From assembly GCA_964247055.1 (NCBI GenBank), contig OZ176056.1, positions 2,542,001-2,606,000 on the forward strand: 64,000 bases of DNA, in the 5' to 3' direction. The notes under the pieces are model-generated. The model ran no database searches and was not told the DNA's origin. It saw only the letters and a list, made by a program, of their open reading frames with translations. The number at the start of each line of letters is the position of its first letter. Positions within the stretch are counted from its first letter, which is position 1. This document shows positions 1-15,200 of this stretch, in pieces. Made by a program: the position numbers and the translations under genes. This DNA comes from Paragordius varius (taxonomy: Eukaryota; Animalia; Nematomorpha).

Positions 1-1604
1 ATTTTGATTATTACCATCCTCACATCAATTTATATTGTACTCATATTTTGTAAAAATTCTAAAAACCAAATTTAATTTTTAAATGGATTAAAATTGTTAA
101 ACTAAAATAATGCCGAATTTATTTTATTGCAAACAGATTCAGATGCCAGTTTTTTCCACATATATTATATTAACTCCAAAAATTAAACTATACATGCTAA
201 AAGGCATGTAAATTTAGAACCCTTTTAACAGTTTATAACTTTTCGGGTCAGTTTTATATCCCAATTTGATATTTAATTCAAAAGTATTTAGGGATTAAGC
301 CGAATATAAAAATATGCTTTTTTAGCATTTTTGGCACATTATACAATTTTTTTGTAAAAAAATGTAAAATCGTACAAAAATCTCCCATCTCAAATTGACG
401 CCATTTTTTAATGTTTTTTCTGAATACAACAGGGTAAATAAATATCTTTAAAAGAGCTATCAGGCTACATTTCAGCAAAAGCTTGATATATTCAATGTTA
501 ATAATAGCTGTTTGTTTTAATCGTGTTTTAGAGCTGTCCCAATTTCGGATTACAGAAGTCGCAAAACTCTAAAAATTATAAGCATTTTATCTTAATATGA
601 GAACCAATTATTGAAAATTCAATCTAAAATTTTTCAAATGATATTTACCAAATTGTCTGGCATAATTAACCCAACATGTCAACAAGGACAGAAAAGTGAA
701 AAGGTCATGAACTGTTAACAAAATATAAAACCACCGATATCCAATGATAGCTCGCCTTACTGCAATGTATATATAAATAATATAGATCACATTTATAATA
801 AAAAAGTTTAAAATAAATATAATAAAATTTCTAATTTAATTTTTTAAATTATATTCATTTATTTGAATTATGTAAAATCAGCAATGTTTTTAATGACTAT
901 TTTTATAAGCGTTTCTTTTTAAACGATGTCATTCATGATCAATTACCTTATGTGTTTTGCAAATGTACCTTGGAATAAAATTCAAATCTTATTATATGAT
1001 GCATAACACTGAAAATGGCAAAGTAAACACGAATTTAACCTATACCAAAAAATGTTGTCTGATATATTTAAAGCTAATTCACTAATAATTCGATCCCATA
1101 ATACCAAAAACAATCGGAAATCTTTTTTTTAACCAAATTTTTAGCCGATTTTAATACACATCCACAAAAGAGTAGCCTAAAACAAGGTTATTTTAAGTTT
1201 GTTGATGTAGTAACCACATTTAAAATTTTAATATATATACCAATTGTTTATAAAATGAATATCAAAACATCTATTTTTGGAAGTGGGGGAGTTTTTTAAG
1301 TAAAAAATCCATCAATATACAAATTTACCCTAGATACATATAAAACTATATTTAAATTTTTCATAAAAAAAATTAAAAAGATTGGCTAGACGAAAATGTA
1401 TTGGTTTTCACGCCTGTAAACATATAGAAAAAATAAAATATGATATATTTTTAGTAAAGTAAAGTTTAAACAGAGCAACACTATAAATAGATTTCAAAAA
1501 ACTGTTAAATTTTTTTAACGAGAATACAATATATATATAACGTTTAAAAAACAAAAATCATTTTTTAATCTTTAGTTTTTTTTAAAAAAGTGGTTAATAT
1601 CAAA

Positions 1605-4600
1605 ATGATCTTAGTAGCCCTTTGTTGCATATTTTTTTCGGGGACCCTTGCCCAATCAACTCTGTTTTCCAAAACGACAGGTATTGATTAAACTAGTAAT
1701 ATATACGAATATTTTAATTTTACAAAATGTTGCACGCTTTAGCGTTTAAATATATTAAAAAAAAGTTAAGCCAAATATTTTAGATTAGGATAATTATTTT
1801 TTTATTTAAGGCAAAATCCACACTATCAGGTTAAGTCAAGAAAACCTTCCAAGAACCCATTCACTTTCGGATAAATTTAAGAATCCAGCTCAAATGTTGT
1901 CAGGTTTGTTCATTCCATTTTATTTTATTATATTTCATAATTATTCGGAATTAAGTATGATCATCAATATTTTAGATTTAAAGAGATATGAAAACTTATG
2001 GATGAAAATGTTTCAAGGTAAATACAGCTATTGATGATATTAAAAGAAGATATTTAATATTATTCCCAAAAAAACAAAATTGTAAATGACAAAAAAGTCC
2101 ATAAAATATAAACATTGACTCGGGCACACCAAAAAGATATTTCGGAATCGGTTCTAAAATACTTTATTTTTGATTGAAAAAGTGATGTACATTGATCATA
2201 ACAATTTTCTGCTATATTTGAAAAAATTGTGTAAATTATTTTTTTCGATTCATGTTTTCTAATTTTTGCATGTATTCAGTAATTTAGTATTTGTAATATA
2301 TCTAAAATTTTTAATTAAACTAATCACAATATTTTTTAAACCTGAATAAGGTACATGACAGCCTTAACGCTGCTTGGGTTTGAGTATACTCTAGGTAATT
2401 AAAAGCTTTTATTATCAGACACTATAAACATATACATTTCATATATTTATAGAAGATGTAGAGATCTTAGCAAACAAAAGTCTTACGACAGACCAAAAAG
2501 CTTCTGGTATTATTGTGCCATATTTAATCTATAAATTATTATTTTATCAATAGAGATACATTATCAGGAGAAAATGCGACAGATATCTCTTCTAATCTAT
2601 CAAAGTTATTTCTACTATTAAATATTTTTTATATAAAATCTAATGCCTGGGTTGAGCTTTTTTATATAAAGATTATTGTATGATAGAAATTTTTTATCAA
2701 TTTGGATTTCTTATTTTTTATTAATTATTAAAAGTACTGATTATTTTTGTAAGACGTCAAGGTACACTAAATTTTAAAACTATACAGACAAAATGTTAAA
2801 ACTATAAGATAAACATTATTTTTAAAATAATAACCATATGTTTTATCCAAAAAATTTTACTATAAATCAGAAATTTCAGTTGTAAAATAGAAATTTTATT
2901 TATAAACTCAATTATATAATTAAAAATTGTAATAAGATAAGAAAAATCAAGTATTAAATGATTATGCTTTAGTAAATATTTGTTTTTAATTTTTACGTTT
3001 GGTCTGGTAATATCAATTTTTACTGTAAATGCATCAGTAACCGATAATACCCAGTCTAATACTTATTGATATGAAGGGCCTTTTTAAGTGTTTTTTTAAT
3101 TAGGCTTTATCAAAGTGTTTTCTTAGTTAAGCTTTTTAAAACAATGTTTTGATGTTTTAAAAGAAGCATAATATATATTTAAATATAAATAACGATTAAT
3201 TAATATACCATGCCGAAAGAAACTCTTTTTCAAGCAAAGGCCACATTTTCCATCCAAACGGAATGAAAAATGTTGCATTTTCCTGAAAAAGTGTTGCTTT
3301 TAACTAAAAATGGTATTTTTTTCACTATGTAGCTGTTTTGTCACAACATGATTCGAAACCATCAAACATTACAGAATCTTACGATCAATTTAATTTCCAA
3401 ATTATTGGTAATTATTGATTACTAAAATTTATACATAAACAATATATAATATTGAGTATTTTAAATTTTAGAAAAGTTTAAAAATGATATGAAGGCCTAC
3501 CAATCAAACAAAACTCAAATTGTTAATAGGCGGCAGCAGCAGAATCGACAAAAAACATCAAGTAAAATCAATATTTTTATGTCGGTTTGGGTTTTATTTG
3601 TAGTTATAAACGCATTTCATATAAATTCATCAGTCATCGAATCTTGCTATAAAGTTAAAGGGTCTTTCATTTATGAAAACTCTGATATAACACTCAGGTG
3701 TTGCTTCGAAAAAATCTGAAATAAATAGATATATATTTTAAATTAAATTATCGGATAAAAAATTGATAAATACGAATTTGCAGATATAAAAATATATTTG
3801 ATTTCCTTTATATATAACCAAAAATTAAAAGCTAAAAAAATATAATAAAAAACAAATATTAATTTGGATTGTATATTTTTGGCGCCATTTTGGCTTTTGA
3901 TCCCGGCTTTCGGGACAAAAAACTTTTTTAAACAACTGAGTCAATAGAAGTTTTTTTTCCATGTCAAATATACTAAAAAATATATATATAATATTTGAGA
4001 TATTGTTAAAATTAGACGCTAGTTCTATTTGGGTCAAATTATAAAATCTTTTTGCATATGAATTTTTTTAACCCGATATATTCAAATTATTCTTATATAT
4101 CAGGGGTGGCCAAGCTTTTTTAGAAAACGTGGGCAAGCATGTATATTAGGTATTAAAAGATTCATTTATCACTTCAAAACATATATATATATATATATGT
4201 ATATATATAATATCTCTATTTACGGATTGGGGTGACTAGCACAGGGGCTATTTTAAAAATATTACAAAAATAATTTTTTTTGAGAGTTTTTTTTGTATAG
4301 AATCTTAATTTCATCAAAATACTATTATTATGATTCAGTTGACATCTGTTTGCCACAATCACTACACATACTAATTTAAATTATTTAATTTATTAAATTT
4401 ACAATGGATTATAATTAACTGTACATTTTGCGTCGGAATGATTGAGGTGAAAAATGGATTTGTAGCTCTTGGCAAAGATATTTATAATTTGCCAGATTTT
4501 ATGGATTACTGCATGTCAGGTTTTAAATATTGGATATATGCTTCAAGATAGTAAATCCCATCATGGAAAAAATATCGTGCCGCAGTTTTTTACAGATGTA

Positions 4601-7600
4601 ATATGGTTAGACTGCTGCATTTTTAGAAAGATTAGACATTTTTTACTACTCATATATCTATTACAGAGAAAAATTATTCATATCCACAATTAAAAGATCT
4701 AAAATCGATTTTTATTTTGATATATAATGTCAGAAAAATCCACATTGCAAGCGAAAAAAATAAATTAAAGTAGAAAATAAATCATTTGGTGAAAAAAAAA
4801 TTCCATTCAAAGACATTTTTTTATTTTTTAAAAATTTTAGTTTTGGAGTCTCGCGGGCACAAAATCGACTGTAGCTCACTGTTTGGCAACCCCTGCTATA
4901 TATATTTAAAGAGAGTTAAAAAAAAATTTTACAGTATAAACTCAAGTTTTCTAGATTTAAATGTCAAGTCTGGGAGTTTTATAGCTATAACTTGTGAGGC
5001 TTAAAACCAATTTAGAATCTAAATAAACTTAGGGTTCTCTACATGACAACACAATTAATTTTATACGACCTAATATGGGAGAAAAATGCGAATTTTATTA
5101 GCTAATACCAGCAAAAATATAAATTTTTTTTATAACCAAACAAATTTATTATTTTTTATTCATTTATCATAGCTATCTAATGATATAAAATTCATTAAAG
5201 TTTATTTAATATTTTATAGATTCAACTGTTAAAGTATTTAATGTCACCCATCCAAGGGCTATACTCAAAACTAGTTCTATAAGTATATTTTTTTGCGCTC
5301 AAGTTTGCAGAAAATAGAAATTTATTAATTAACACAATGGGCAGTATTATTGGCTTATAGTTATATTTTTTTTAGCCAATAATAATTCTCTTTGCTGCTG
5401 AATATGCTATTTGGCAATAATTAATAACTTTCTACCAATAGATACCTACTCATACTGTATTTTCATTTATCCTTTAATTGTAAATTTATAAAAAAATAAT
5501 TAATAGAAATGAAAATAAAATCTATTATATTTTTGAAATAAAACAATATTTTTTATTACTGATGATATTAATAATTACTATTGGATAGATTTACACCCAA
5601 CTTTAAACTCAACCCAGTCAAAAATCGTGAAAACACCTATAGTTACAAGTATATTTAATAGGCAAAATTTTTATTTAAATTAACTCCTAACAGTTCTAAC
5701 TAAAATGTATTTTTAATAAAATCATTTTATCAAAATTAGTCTGTATATTTTTGACAAATTTAATAGAATAAACAATAAAGCAAATAAAAATAGTAATATA
5801 TGTATGTTGTAAAGTCTAACTTATTAGCAGACATTTTTTTAATATTTTTAATCAAAGTGATATATTTCAACAATTTGGTAAATTTGTATCTGCCTTATTT
5901 AATAGTTTTTTAGTATTAATCCTTTCTGAATCGCAAATATATATGCGTGATATTCATTAAACATTGTTTGCTTGCCCTTAGATTAATTTTTACCCCTAAC
6001 GAAAAAATACAGTAAAAATTGAAACTATACGAGCAAAAAGTGAAATTATAAAGACAAATATTTTTTTCAAATAGACAACCATACTTTTTTAATCTTTACT
6101 TTTTTAAATAAAAATTGTTTTAAACTACAAAGTATAATATAAAAGTGGAAATTGGTAAAAACAATCAATTATGTAATTAAATGTTTTTTTGTAGGATATA
6201 TCAAGGATTAAAAAAGTATGGTTGTGTTTTGAAAAAAAAAATTTATCTTTATATTTTTACGTTTTGTCCGGATAATTTTATTTTCAATATATATAATTTC
6301 TGGTAAAAATGTGGATACGAAGCCAAAAATATCAGCCCCAAAATTAACGACGACCCCCACTCATCAAGTGCAACATTCATCAAATTCAAACACCAATCCA
6401 ATTTTAAGTTTAATTTCAATTATTATAATTTACAAATCTCAAACTGTAAAAAGGGATTATAATTTCCGATGATTTTTAGATTATATGACGTCTTTATAGA
6501 AGGTTTAGGGATCATTTATAGAAATTAATGCTTTATATGATGATATTTATTTAAAATAACATTTTTCAAATCATTTAAATAATTTTTTAGAAGCTATTGC
6601 CACAGGAACAGGTATGGATATAATATAATTTTCAAAGTTTTAACATAGATTCATTATATTATATATTATTTACGATTAATTCACCCATGAACAATTCAAA
6701 TTTACCTTAAAAATAAATTATGTGTTTTCGGGCTAATATAACTCATTAATATGAAATATATCTTTATGGCTTAGTTTATTATAATTTCAGTATTATTTTA
6801 ATATAAAAAATTTTCATTTTTAAAAAATATGAAAAAATATAGGTAATATTTAATCTTAAAAAACACATAATTAATTTTAGAGTGAATTTGTGTTCGAGAA
6901 TGAATTTAAATTGTTTAAGGGTGAATGAAGTGTAAATGGTATATAAAAATACTCAATATTTAGCATTAACTGCGGGAACCGCTTTGGGTAGTTATAAAAT
7001 TTTTAAAAAAATTTGACTCATAATCAAATATATTTATTATATTGTTTTAGTTGTAACAGGTAAGTTATATTAATTTTCAGTTATGAATTGGTAATTCTAA
7101 TAAACTCGTTTATATACTTTCGGAAGAGTGTTTTGATAGTGAATAAAACAAATTAAATAATAATGAAAGCAATTGAAATTTAAACAGCTAATTTAAGCTT
7201 AGTTGAGTTTTTTGCCATAAAAAAAGTTTGCAATTGTAATGAAACTTGTTTCCTATAAAACTTTTTCAAAATTGCCAGTACCTAAATTTTTAATTTAAGC
7301 AAATTTAAACGTACTTTTTAATACATTTGAGCTTATAATAAGCATTTTACAAATAGCTCAGAAAAATATTTTATTCCTTTTTGAATAATTGTTAAAAACT
7401 TTTGTTCAGTGTCTCTCTTTCAAATATGAAAATAAATATTTTATTGGCTGTTATAATGTTAGGAACCGGGGCCGCAGGTGGAGCTGCCGCCACAGGGATT
7501 GAAGCTGGGGCAGGAATCGTTGGTGCAGGTGAAGGTAAATATATTTGCTTTATAGAAATTAAACATTTTTTTTTCTTAGTATCTGAAAAAGTGTTTTTCA

Positions 7601-10600
7601 ATTACAATAATAGACACATTAAAATTAGTCAATTCGTAATAAAATGCAGTAGAAGAATAGATGCATTTAACAAATTTTGTCAATAATTATATAAAATTTA
7701 AGCACTGTAAGATAGGGAAAAATTGGAATTTCAACCATTTGTTGTTTATAACCATATGCTACCCTATTGCGAATTAGTCAAAAATATAAGATGACCACAC
7801 CAATGTGCATACTCTATTATTAGTACTTGATAATTTATAAATTTCGACGGCGTTTAAATTACGGACTTTTAAATTTATAATAATTTAAAATTTTGATCAT
7901 ATCCATTTGCATTAAAGTTTATTTATACCCATTATTTAATTAAGGAATGTACCTATTTAAGTCTATTATAAATTATAAGCGATAACAATTATGATTTTAA
8001 CACTATGTTTAGAGGTTTGTGGTTAAAGCTTTGTCAGAACTTTTGAGAATGGACATATGAATTAATCTAACTTTTGTAAAATTCGAGTAAAAATCTTTAA
8101 TCGATTTATATATATATTAGTTTTAGCGGGTGTGGCTCAAGAAGGCGCAGAGACAGCCAGTATTATATTTAATTCAATATTTTAAGAAAAAATTTTTAAA
8201 TATCCTAAAATATATTTTATATTCGTAATAAATTTAATTTTTAATATATTTTGCTAAAAAATTTAATTATAACTATTATTATTTATAGTTGGAGCGACGG
8301 AAGAAGTTACAGAAACTAGCACAGGTAATATTTGATTATATTTTTGCAGGTTAACATTTAATACATTTCTTATATATATACAGTAAAAATTGAAATTAAA
8401 CAGATAAAACGTAAAAATATAAAGACAAAATATTTTTCAAACAGCAACCTTTTTAAAACCTTATTTTATCCTATAAAAATCATTTATTTATAATTGTAAA
8501 ATGCGCTATATATATATATCTATTTATTACTTTACAGTTTTAACAATGAGCTATAAAAGCAAGATATATAAAGTATGATTGGTTGTCTTGTGGTAAAAAA
8601 TATTTGTCTTTATAATTTTACGTTTTGTCCGTATAAATTTCAATTTTTACTATATATACCAGGGGTGGCCAACGAGGTGACCGCGATCACTTTCGTGACC
8701 GCGACAACTCAAAAAGTGACCGCCTGAAAATATTTTTTTTAAAAAATTTTATTTATTTTTTTTGGATAGTTGGCTACTTCTGAGCGAATTTAAATTTAAA
8801 ATACAAAAAAATACGGTTTAAATTAAAAAAAACGTCTAAGAAAAGGGTGTAAAAAAATTATTTTATTAATTATAATTCATATGTTTTGGAGCATTTGCAT
8901 TAAAACTTAAAATCAGTCATTTCCCTTGAATATATCAAAACTTTGAGCAAAGCTTATTCATAAATCAGAAGCATAATCGTGAAGTTAGATTTGATTTGAT
9001 ACACCAAAAGTAGGTTTTTAAAACTTATATTTTAGAATGAGCCAAAAAAAGTTGTACAGATACAAGAAAGATTGGGAGCATGAATACTTTTTTATTATGA
9101 TAAATGAAACATGCACCTGTCTAATATGCAATAGTACTGTTGCTTTGCCCAAAAAGTTAAATATTGAAAGACATTATAGATCTCTGCATCCACATTACTC
9201 CAAAAACTACCCCTTACAAATTTAAGAACGCAACATTAAAGTAAAGGAATTGAAAGAACAATTATCCGCCTCACGAAATAGCATACTTAAATACAACAAA
9301 GACTATAAAAATGCTACGATTGCTTCATTCAAGGTAGCGGAAATACTCATTCGGAACAATAAGCCATTCCAAGATGGTGAAATATTTAAAGAAGCCTTTA
9401 TTAGCGCTTGTGATATTTTATTTGAAAATTTTTATAACAAAAATAATATTATGACAGCTATTAAAAGCATAAGCTTATCGAGAAATACCGTTATGCGCAG
9501 GGCTGAAGATATTAGTAATAATCTTGATGAAATTTTACATGAAAATATTAATAACTGTATTTTTTTTCCTTGCAACTCGATGAGTCCACCGATTATGTTG
9601 ATGATATTTAGTGATTTATCTGCAAAGGAGGAATTATTAACTATAATACCTCTCCACGAACGAACCAGAGGGCAGGATATTTTTGATTCTTTTTATAAAT
9701 TTATCACAGATACGAAACTTCCCATCGTAAAACTCGCATCTATAACTACTGATGGAGCTCCAGCTATGATTGGCGTTAACAACGGCTTTATCGCTTTATG
9801 TAAAAATCACAGTGCATTTCCCAAGTTCATTGATTACCATTGTATAATCCATAATCAAGTTTTATGTTCAAAAGTTTTAAAATACCATCATGTAATGAAC
9901 CCCTGTTTTAAAATTGTTAACGCCATTCGAACAAAAAGCTTGTCCCGCTGCCAATTTCGAATTTTGTTAAATGAGTGCGGCGTGGAATATGGAGAACTTT
10001 TATTACATACTGATGTAAGGTGGTTGAGTCGTGCCGCATTTTTAATTAGATTTAGGCAACTTTTATTACAAATAGAAATTTTTTTAGAGAATTCTAAATT
10101 TTCATACCCTGAATTGAAAGATCAAGATTGGCTGCTTGATCTTGCATTTTTATGCGATATCACGGAAAAATTGCATAAATTAAACATCCAATTACAATGA
10201 AAAGATAAAACAATAATGGATATGATGGGTGCTTTAAAATCTTTTAAGGAAACACTAACAGTAGCAGAAACACAATTAAAAAACCCAGATTTAAAACATT
10301 TTTTTAATCTGGCAGCGGTGTCTGAAAAAATAGAGAATCTCTCTTTTGAAAAATATGCAGATGATATTGGTCTGCTTATTAATGATTTTGAAAAACGATT
10401 TTCATCTATAAATAAACTTGAAGACATCGCTATTTTTTTATCATGCCCATTTAATAATAATAATAATGTTGAATATATTGCTCAAAAACTCAGCCACTTT
10501 CTTGGTGTACCAAATTTAGCAGAGTTGGAAGAGGAATTAATAAATGTTAAATGCGATATCCATCTAAAATCATTAGGATCAGATATATATAAATTTATAA

Positions 10601-11838
10601 ATAAAGATAAATACCCCCATATTTGGAAAACCGCTGCATTATTCAATTCTTTTTTTGGATCCACATATTTATGTGAATCGGCTTTTTCAATTATGAATGC
10701 TATCAAAACTAAACAGAGGTCACAATTAACTAATAAACATTTAGAATCATGTTTGAGAATTGCTTTGACTTCATTTGAACCTAATTTAGATAAACTTTCT
10801 GAATTTTTTCGCAGTCGGGCGTTTTAAATATTTTTTTCTTTATTAAATATGGATGTTTATCGAGTTGTATTTTCGCTTAGGAAAAAGCCGATTTACTAAA
10901 AAATATGTGGATAGAATTAAAACTGATACAATTTTAATGTACTCTTATTTATGTTCAAATTATGGTTCTAAATTGGAATGCTATTTTTTATTTCTTTTAT
11001 TTTTTGTTCTCCCCTGTAATTTCAAATGCATTGTTTAAATTTTTATATTGTAAAATTTCATATAATAGAAATTTAATAAATAAATATTTTGAAGTGTTTT
11101 ATGTTGGTTAAAAAATTAAGGTAGTTAATAACCCGTTGTCTTTTAATTAAAATTATTTTTGTATTTGGTTGATAGATAAAAAATTTACAATTTTAAAATG
11201 GTTTAAACAAGTCACTCTAATCTGTAAAGCAGGTATATACATCATTTAAAGTGTTTATTGAGTTTTTTTGATAAATATTTCTGGGTGACCGCGAACTCTT
11301 TTTTTAACAAAAAAGCCAAAAAAAAGCTCGCGACAAAAAAAGTGTGGCCACCCCTGATATATACCATTTGCACTTCAAGAGTGTCCTTAAACAAGTTGGT
11401 ACTTGAACACTTTAAGTTAGTCCTTATAATTTTTAAATTTTGATTTAACCATAATTTTTCATTTATTTTTAATATTTATTCATTAAATAAAATTTTCTAT
11501 TCGATTTTTTTGTTTCAAACTAATTTTTTTCCAATTTAACACACTTATTTTAAATGTTTTCAATCAAAAATTGTAAATATAACCCAGAAAACTTATATTT
11601 TTTAATTTAGTGTTAAAATCTTATAAATATCCAAAAAATTCTAAGAAAATAATAGCGACAAACGGTTTCTGAATGATAAAAGAAAATATTAATTTAAAAT
11701 TTATGTTAAATGATAAATAGGTTAAAAACAATAAAATAAATGAGTATATACTATCTGATTGAAAAAAGTTAAAGGACCAACTTGAAGTGTTTAAGGACAA
11801 ATTTGAAATGTTCAAGGACACTCATGAAGTGCAAATGC

Positions 11839-11880
<42 letters not shown>

Positions 11881-12250
11881 ATGCCTTCAATGATCCAGGA
11901 CCCTCCACATCAAGAGGTAAAAACTTATTTAAGTACTATTTTTGGTTTGGGGAGTCGTATTCTGATTTTTTATATATTTATCACTAACTTTTCTATAAAT
12001 ATTTAATTTTCAAAACTGCCCATAAATCTAAAAGTATCATACTTATCTATTATTGAAAATTAAACAAATTGTAATATAAAAAACATCAAGAAAATGTTTA
12101 TAATGATAGAATATATAATTTTTTATAATGTCTTTAAATTAGGCATACATAATTATTTTCAAATATTACATATGTAGGATCATCCAGACCTTATCCTTTT
12201 GAGGGTAATTTAAAATTTTATTTTAATTCCGATATTTTTAATTTATGTTT

Positions 12251-12292
<42 letters not shown>

Positions 12293-15200
12293 TAAATTTC
12301 CAGATGCCGGACCAGGTAGATGATAATTATATATTTAACGAAATTAATATCAAATTTTTTACAAAATTTTTATTCAATATAAATATAGTAGATTATTATT
12401 TTTATATAATTATTCAATTTATTTAAACAGACCCAAAAATGGCAAAATTTGGTATAATTTTTTTCTTGGAGAAAAAAATCATAAAATTAAGGTGTTTAAA
12501 TTTTAATACCCAAAATTAATATTAGATGATAGCGCATCCGAATTCAGTTGGAGTGAAAACAGCAATGTCGATTTTGGTTCGTTTTTTTTTCAAAAATATT
12601 TTTTTATACACATTGATGAACATCGAAATTTGAAAATACTAAAAATATTTTCTGAATGATTATATGTTTGATTTTAAAATTGTATCAAAAGAATTTGATA
12701 AAAAAATCATTGACGAGAAATACCTTTATATACATAAACACATAATTATATATTAAGTAAATTTGTTTATATATGTTTTTCATATATTTTATAGATACAA
12801 TCCTCGATTTTGATGAAACTTTATTAGATGGTACAAATTTTATTTACCCCTATAAGATAATGTTCCGGAATCCGAAGTTACGAATGAACAGGTTTTTGAT
12901 GAAGCACAACCCCAAGAAGCTGATGGTAAAAAGATTAAATGTTTCGAATTTCTCGAAAAAAATTGATATATATAATATATATTCAATGCAAAGTATGACC
13001 ATGGTTATTATAAAATAACCAAATGAATTACTCGCCAGCGTTCGCCCCACCTGATAAATTATTATTTAAAACTATATGCATCTGTCGTACAATCTCGGCA
13101 TTTTTGCTTTTGTTTTAAGGTAAATTAGACAATTTTACCAAAAAATATATGATTCTCCTTAATAAAACAAATATATACAAATATTGCTTTACCTTTAACG
13201 CATTTACTATGATTTATCTTCAGAGTCTAGTAGATATATCAAATTTCATATATAAATAGAAAAAGCAATAGTTTATTTTTAAGTATTAGAAAAGTGGTTA
13301 TATCTTTCTTAAATCATCCCTTAAAGGAACCATTTAATCCTTATAATCGGTTTGCAATCGAGATGTCTTTTATTACACCGCATTTTGTCTAGTTTACAAA
13401 TTTTTTCAATTTGGTTAAAATTATAATTATTCTATTTCCAGTTAGGTGTCGAGAACAGGGGTCCCCATTACGCGGCCCTCATGCGCGGCATGGGAAATTA
13501 TGGAAATCTATAATTCGAAAAAAATGCATATAAATTCTTAGTAATATTGATGTTTATTAAACAAATTTTTAACTAGAAAAAAAATGTTAGATTGGGCATA
13601 ATTTTACAATCTTGTGTTTTGAAATCTAAAATATTTATTAATACCCATATATATATTGTAAACGAGACCCGACGGGGTTTTTGAGTTGATAATGCGGTTA
13701 AGCCATTTATGTTGGGAACCTCTGCTTCAGAAATATTACATTTAACAGTAAAAGTTTTAGTTTAAATTCAATTAGGTGAATAAAGTCTCTTGGGCCTGCT
13801 GAATAAAAACAAGCACATACTGGGTAGTAGGTGCTTGATAGTATGTACTAGTTTTTGAAAAAACATTGAATAAAAATAGGTACTTACTATCATGTACGTA
13901 CTTAAGTCTTTAGTATGTGTAAAATGTTTATTTTCATTTTGTTTTTTGTTAGTTTTTGATTTCATTCATAAAATGCGTTTGAAAAATTCATAAAGAAAAT
14001 TAGAAAGTCTAACTTTTGGAAAATAAATATCGATTATCTACCCATATTTTTAAATAATGCATTTATTAATACACATTTATTCATAAATACACAAAAAATA
14101 AATCAAAATAATGTTTGAATTGAATCTCGTTTCATTTTGCCAGCCTTGAGTATTTGGGTTAGATCAATATTTGCTTCACAATCCTCCACATATTCAATAT
14201 CAAAATATGAATTACTATTAAAATCTGTTAAGGGTTTTAATATATTTGGATACATTATGTAATATGGAACATGTTAATATAAGTTTTGGGATTCGTTCTA
14301 GACTTAAACGAATTTCGTTACCAGGTATAGGAAATCGGGTCTTCATCTGACCGAAAACCCGCGCTCGATAATGCTTCTTTCAGAACAATGTAATTTATTG
14401 AATATTTTCCGTTATCGATCATCGTATTTTTGAAGGGGGTTAGGAGCCAGGATGATAGAATAGTGGATATCCATTATCACCTAACAAACAGAAATCATTT
14501 TTGCACATATATGACTGAACAATCGTGTTTCGCCATATCCTTGAATCATGGCCATTGTGCATCCACAGATGTAATTTATTCATTGGCATTACATGTAAAT
14601 TGTACATTGAGGGTACATCGACCCTTTCTATTGATATAGGCCTCAACATTTTCTTTAGGTCTTAATATTTCAAAGTATGAACAATCAATGCAACCAATAG
14701 CAGTTGGCATTTTATATTTGGATAGCCATAGTTTATTCGCAATATTGAGCTCTTCAAATGACTTGGGAAATTTTATCCATTGATGAGATTTTGATATTAT
14801 TTCGTCCATAACTTTAGGTATAGTTTTGCATAATGTGGAACTATGTACGATTTCAAGGTTAAATTTATAATTCACAAAATATATACCAAATATCAATACG
14901 AATAATATCATATTAACTCGATCATTATGGATGATATATATCCTCCAAATGAAAGAATCTAAATGAAAGAATCTAAATTAAAGGAATATTTAATTTTTAA
15001 CCAAAATATGAAAAGGTCATGTCATAACTCGAATTTGAATAAATCGGTGGTTTTTTATATAAAAAATAGCTTCATTCAAAAATATTCACTCAAATATATA
15101 AAATTTAAATGTTTATAAAATAAAATTAAGGTCATTAAAAAGTATATAAACTCAAATATTTTACACAAAAATGAAATAATCGAAGAAAATGATATGATTG

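Noticed and set aside
130-600. ORFs 278-478 and 608-790 as genes
   Set aside because: 130-600 is a dispersed repeat with a related copy at about 51850-52270. Neither translation has recognisable motifs.
4466-4519. 54-nt AG/GT-bounded segment and ORF 4469-4693, as part of the micro-exon array
   Set aside because: Lies inside the hAT element 4101-4895, near a transposase-like remnant.
7402-7686. 94-aa ORF that looks like a single-exon Gly/Ala-rich secreted protein
   Set aside because: Only 7463-7534 is GC-rich and it is bounded by ttag/gtaaat. The rest is intron-like read-through, so it is better explained as one cassette of the micro-exon gene.
8670-8730. Short GTGACCGC repeats as a CRISPR-like array
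   Set aside because: They are subterminal repeats of the hAT. Spacing is irregular, there are no unique spacers, and the context is eukaryotic.
13768-13965. Duplicated 60-65 aa ORF (also 43193-43375) suggesting a gene family
   Set aside because: Both lie in the terminal arm of the Harbinger element; the duplication is due to the transposon.
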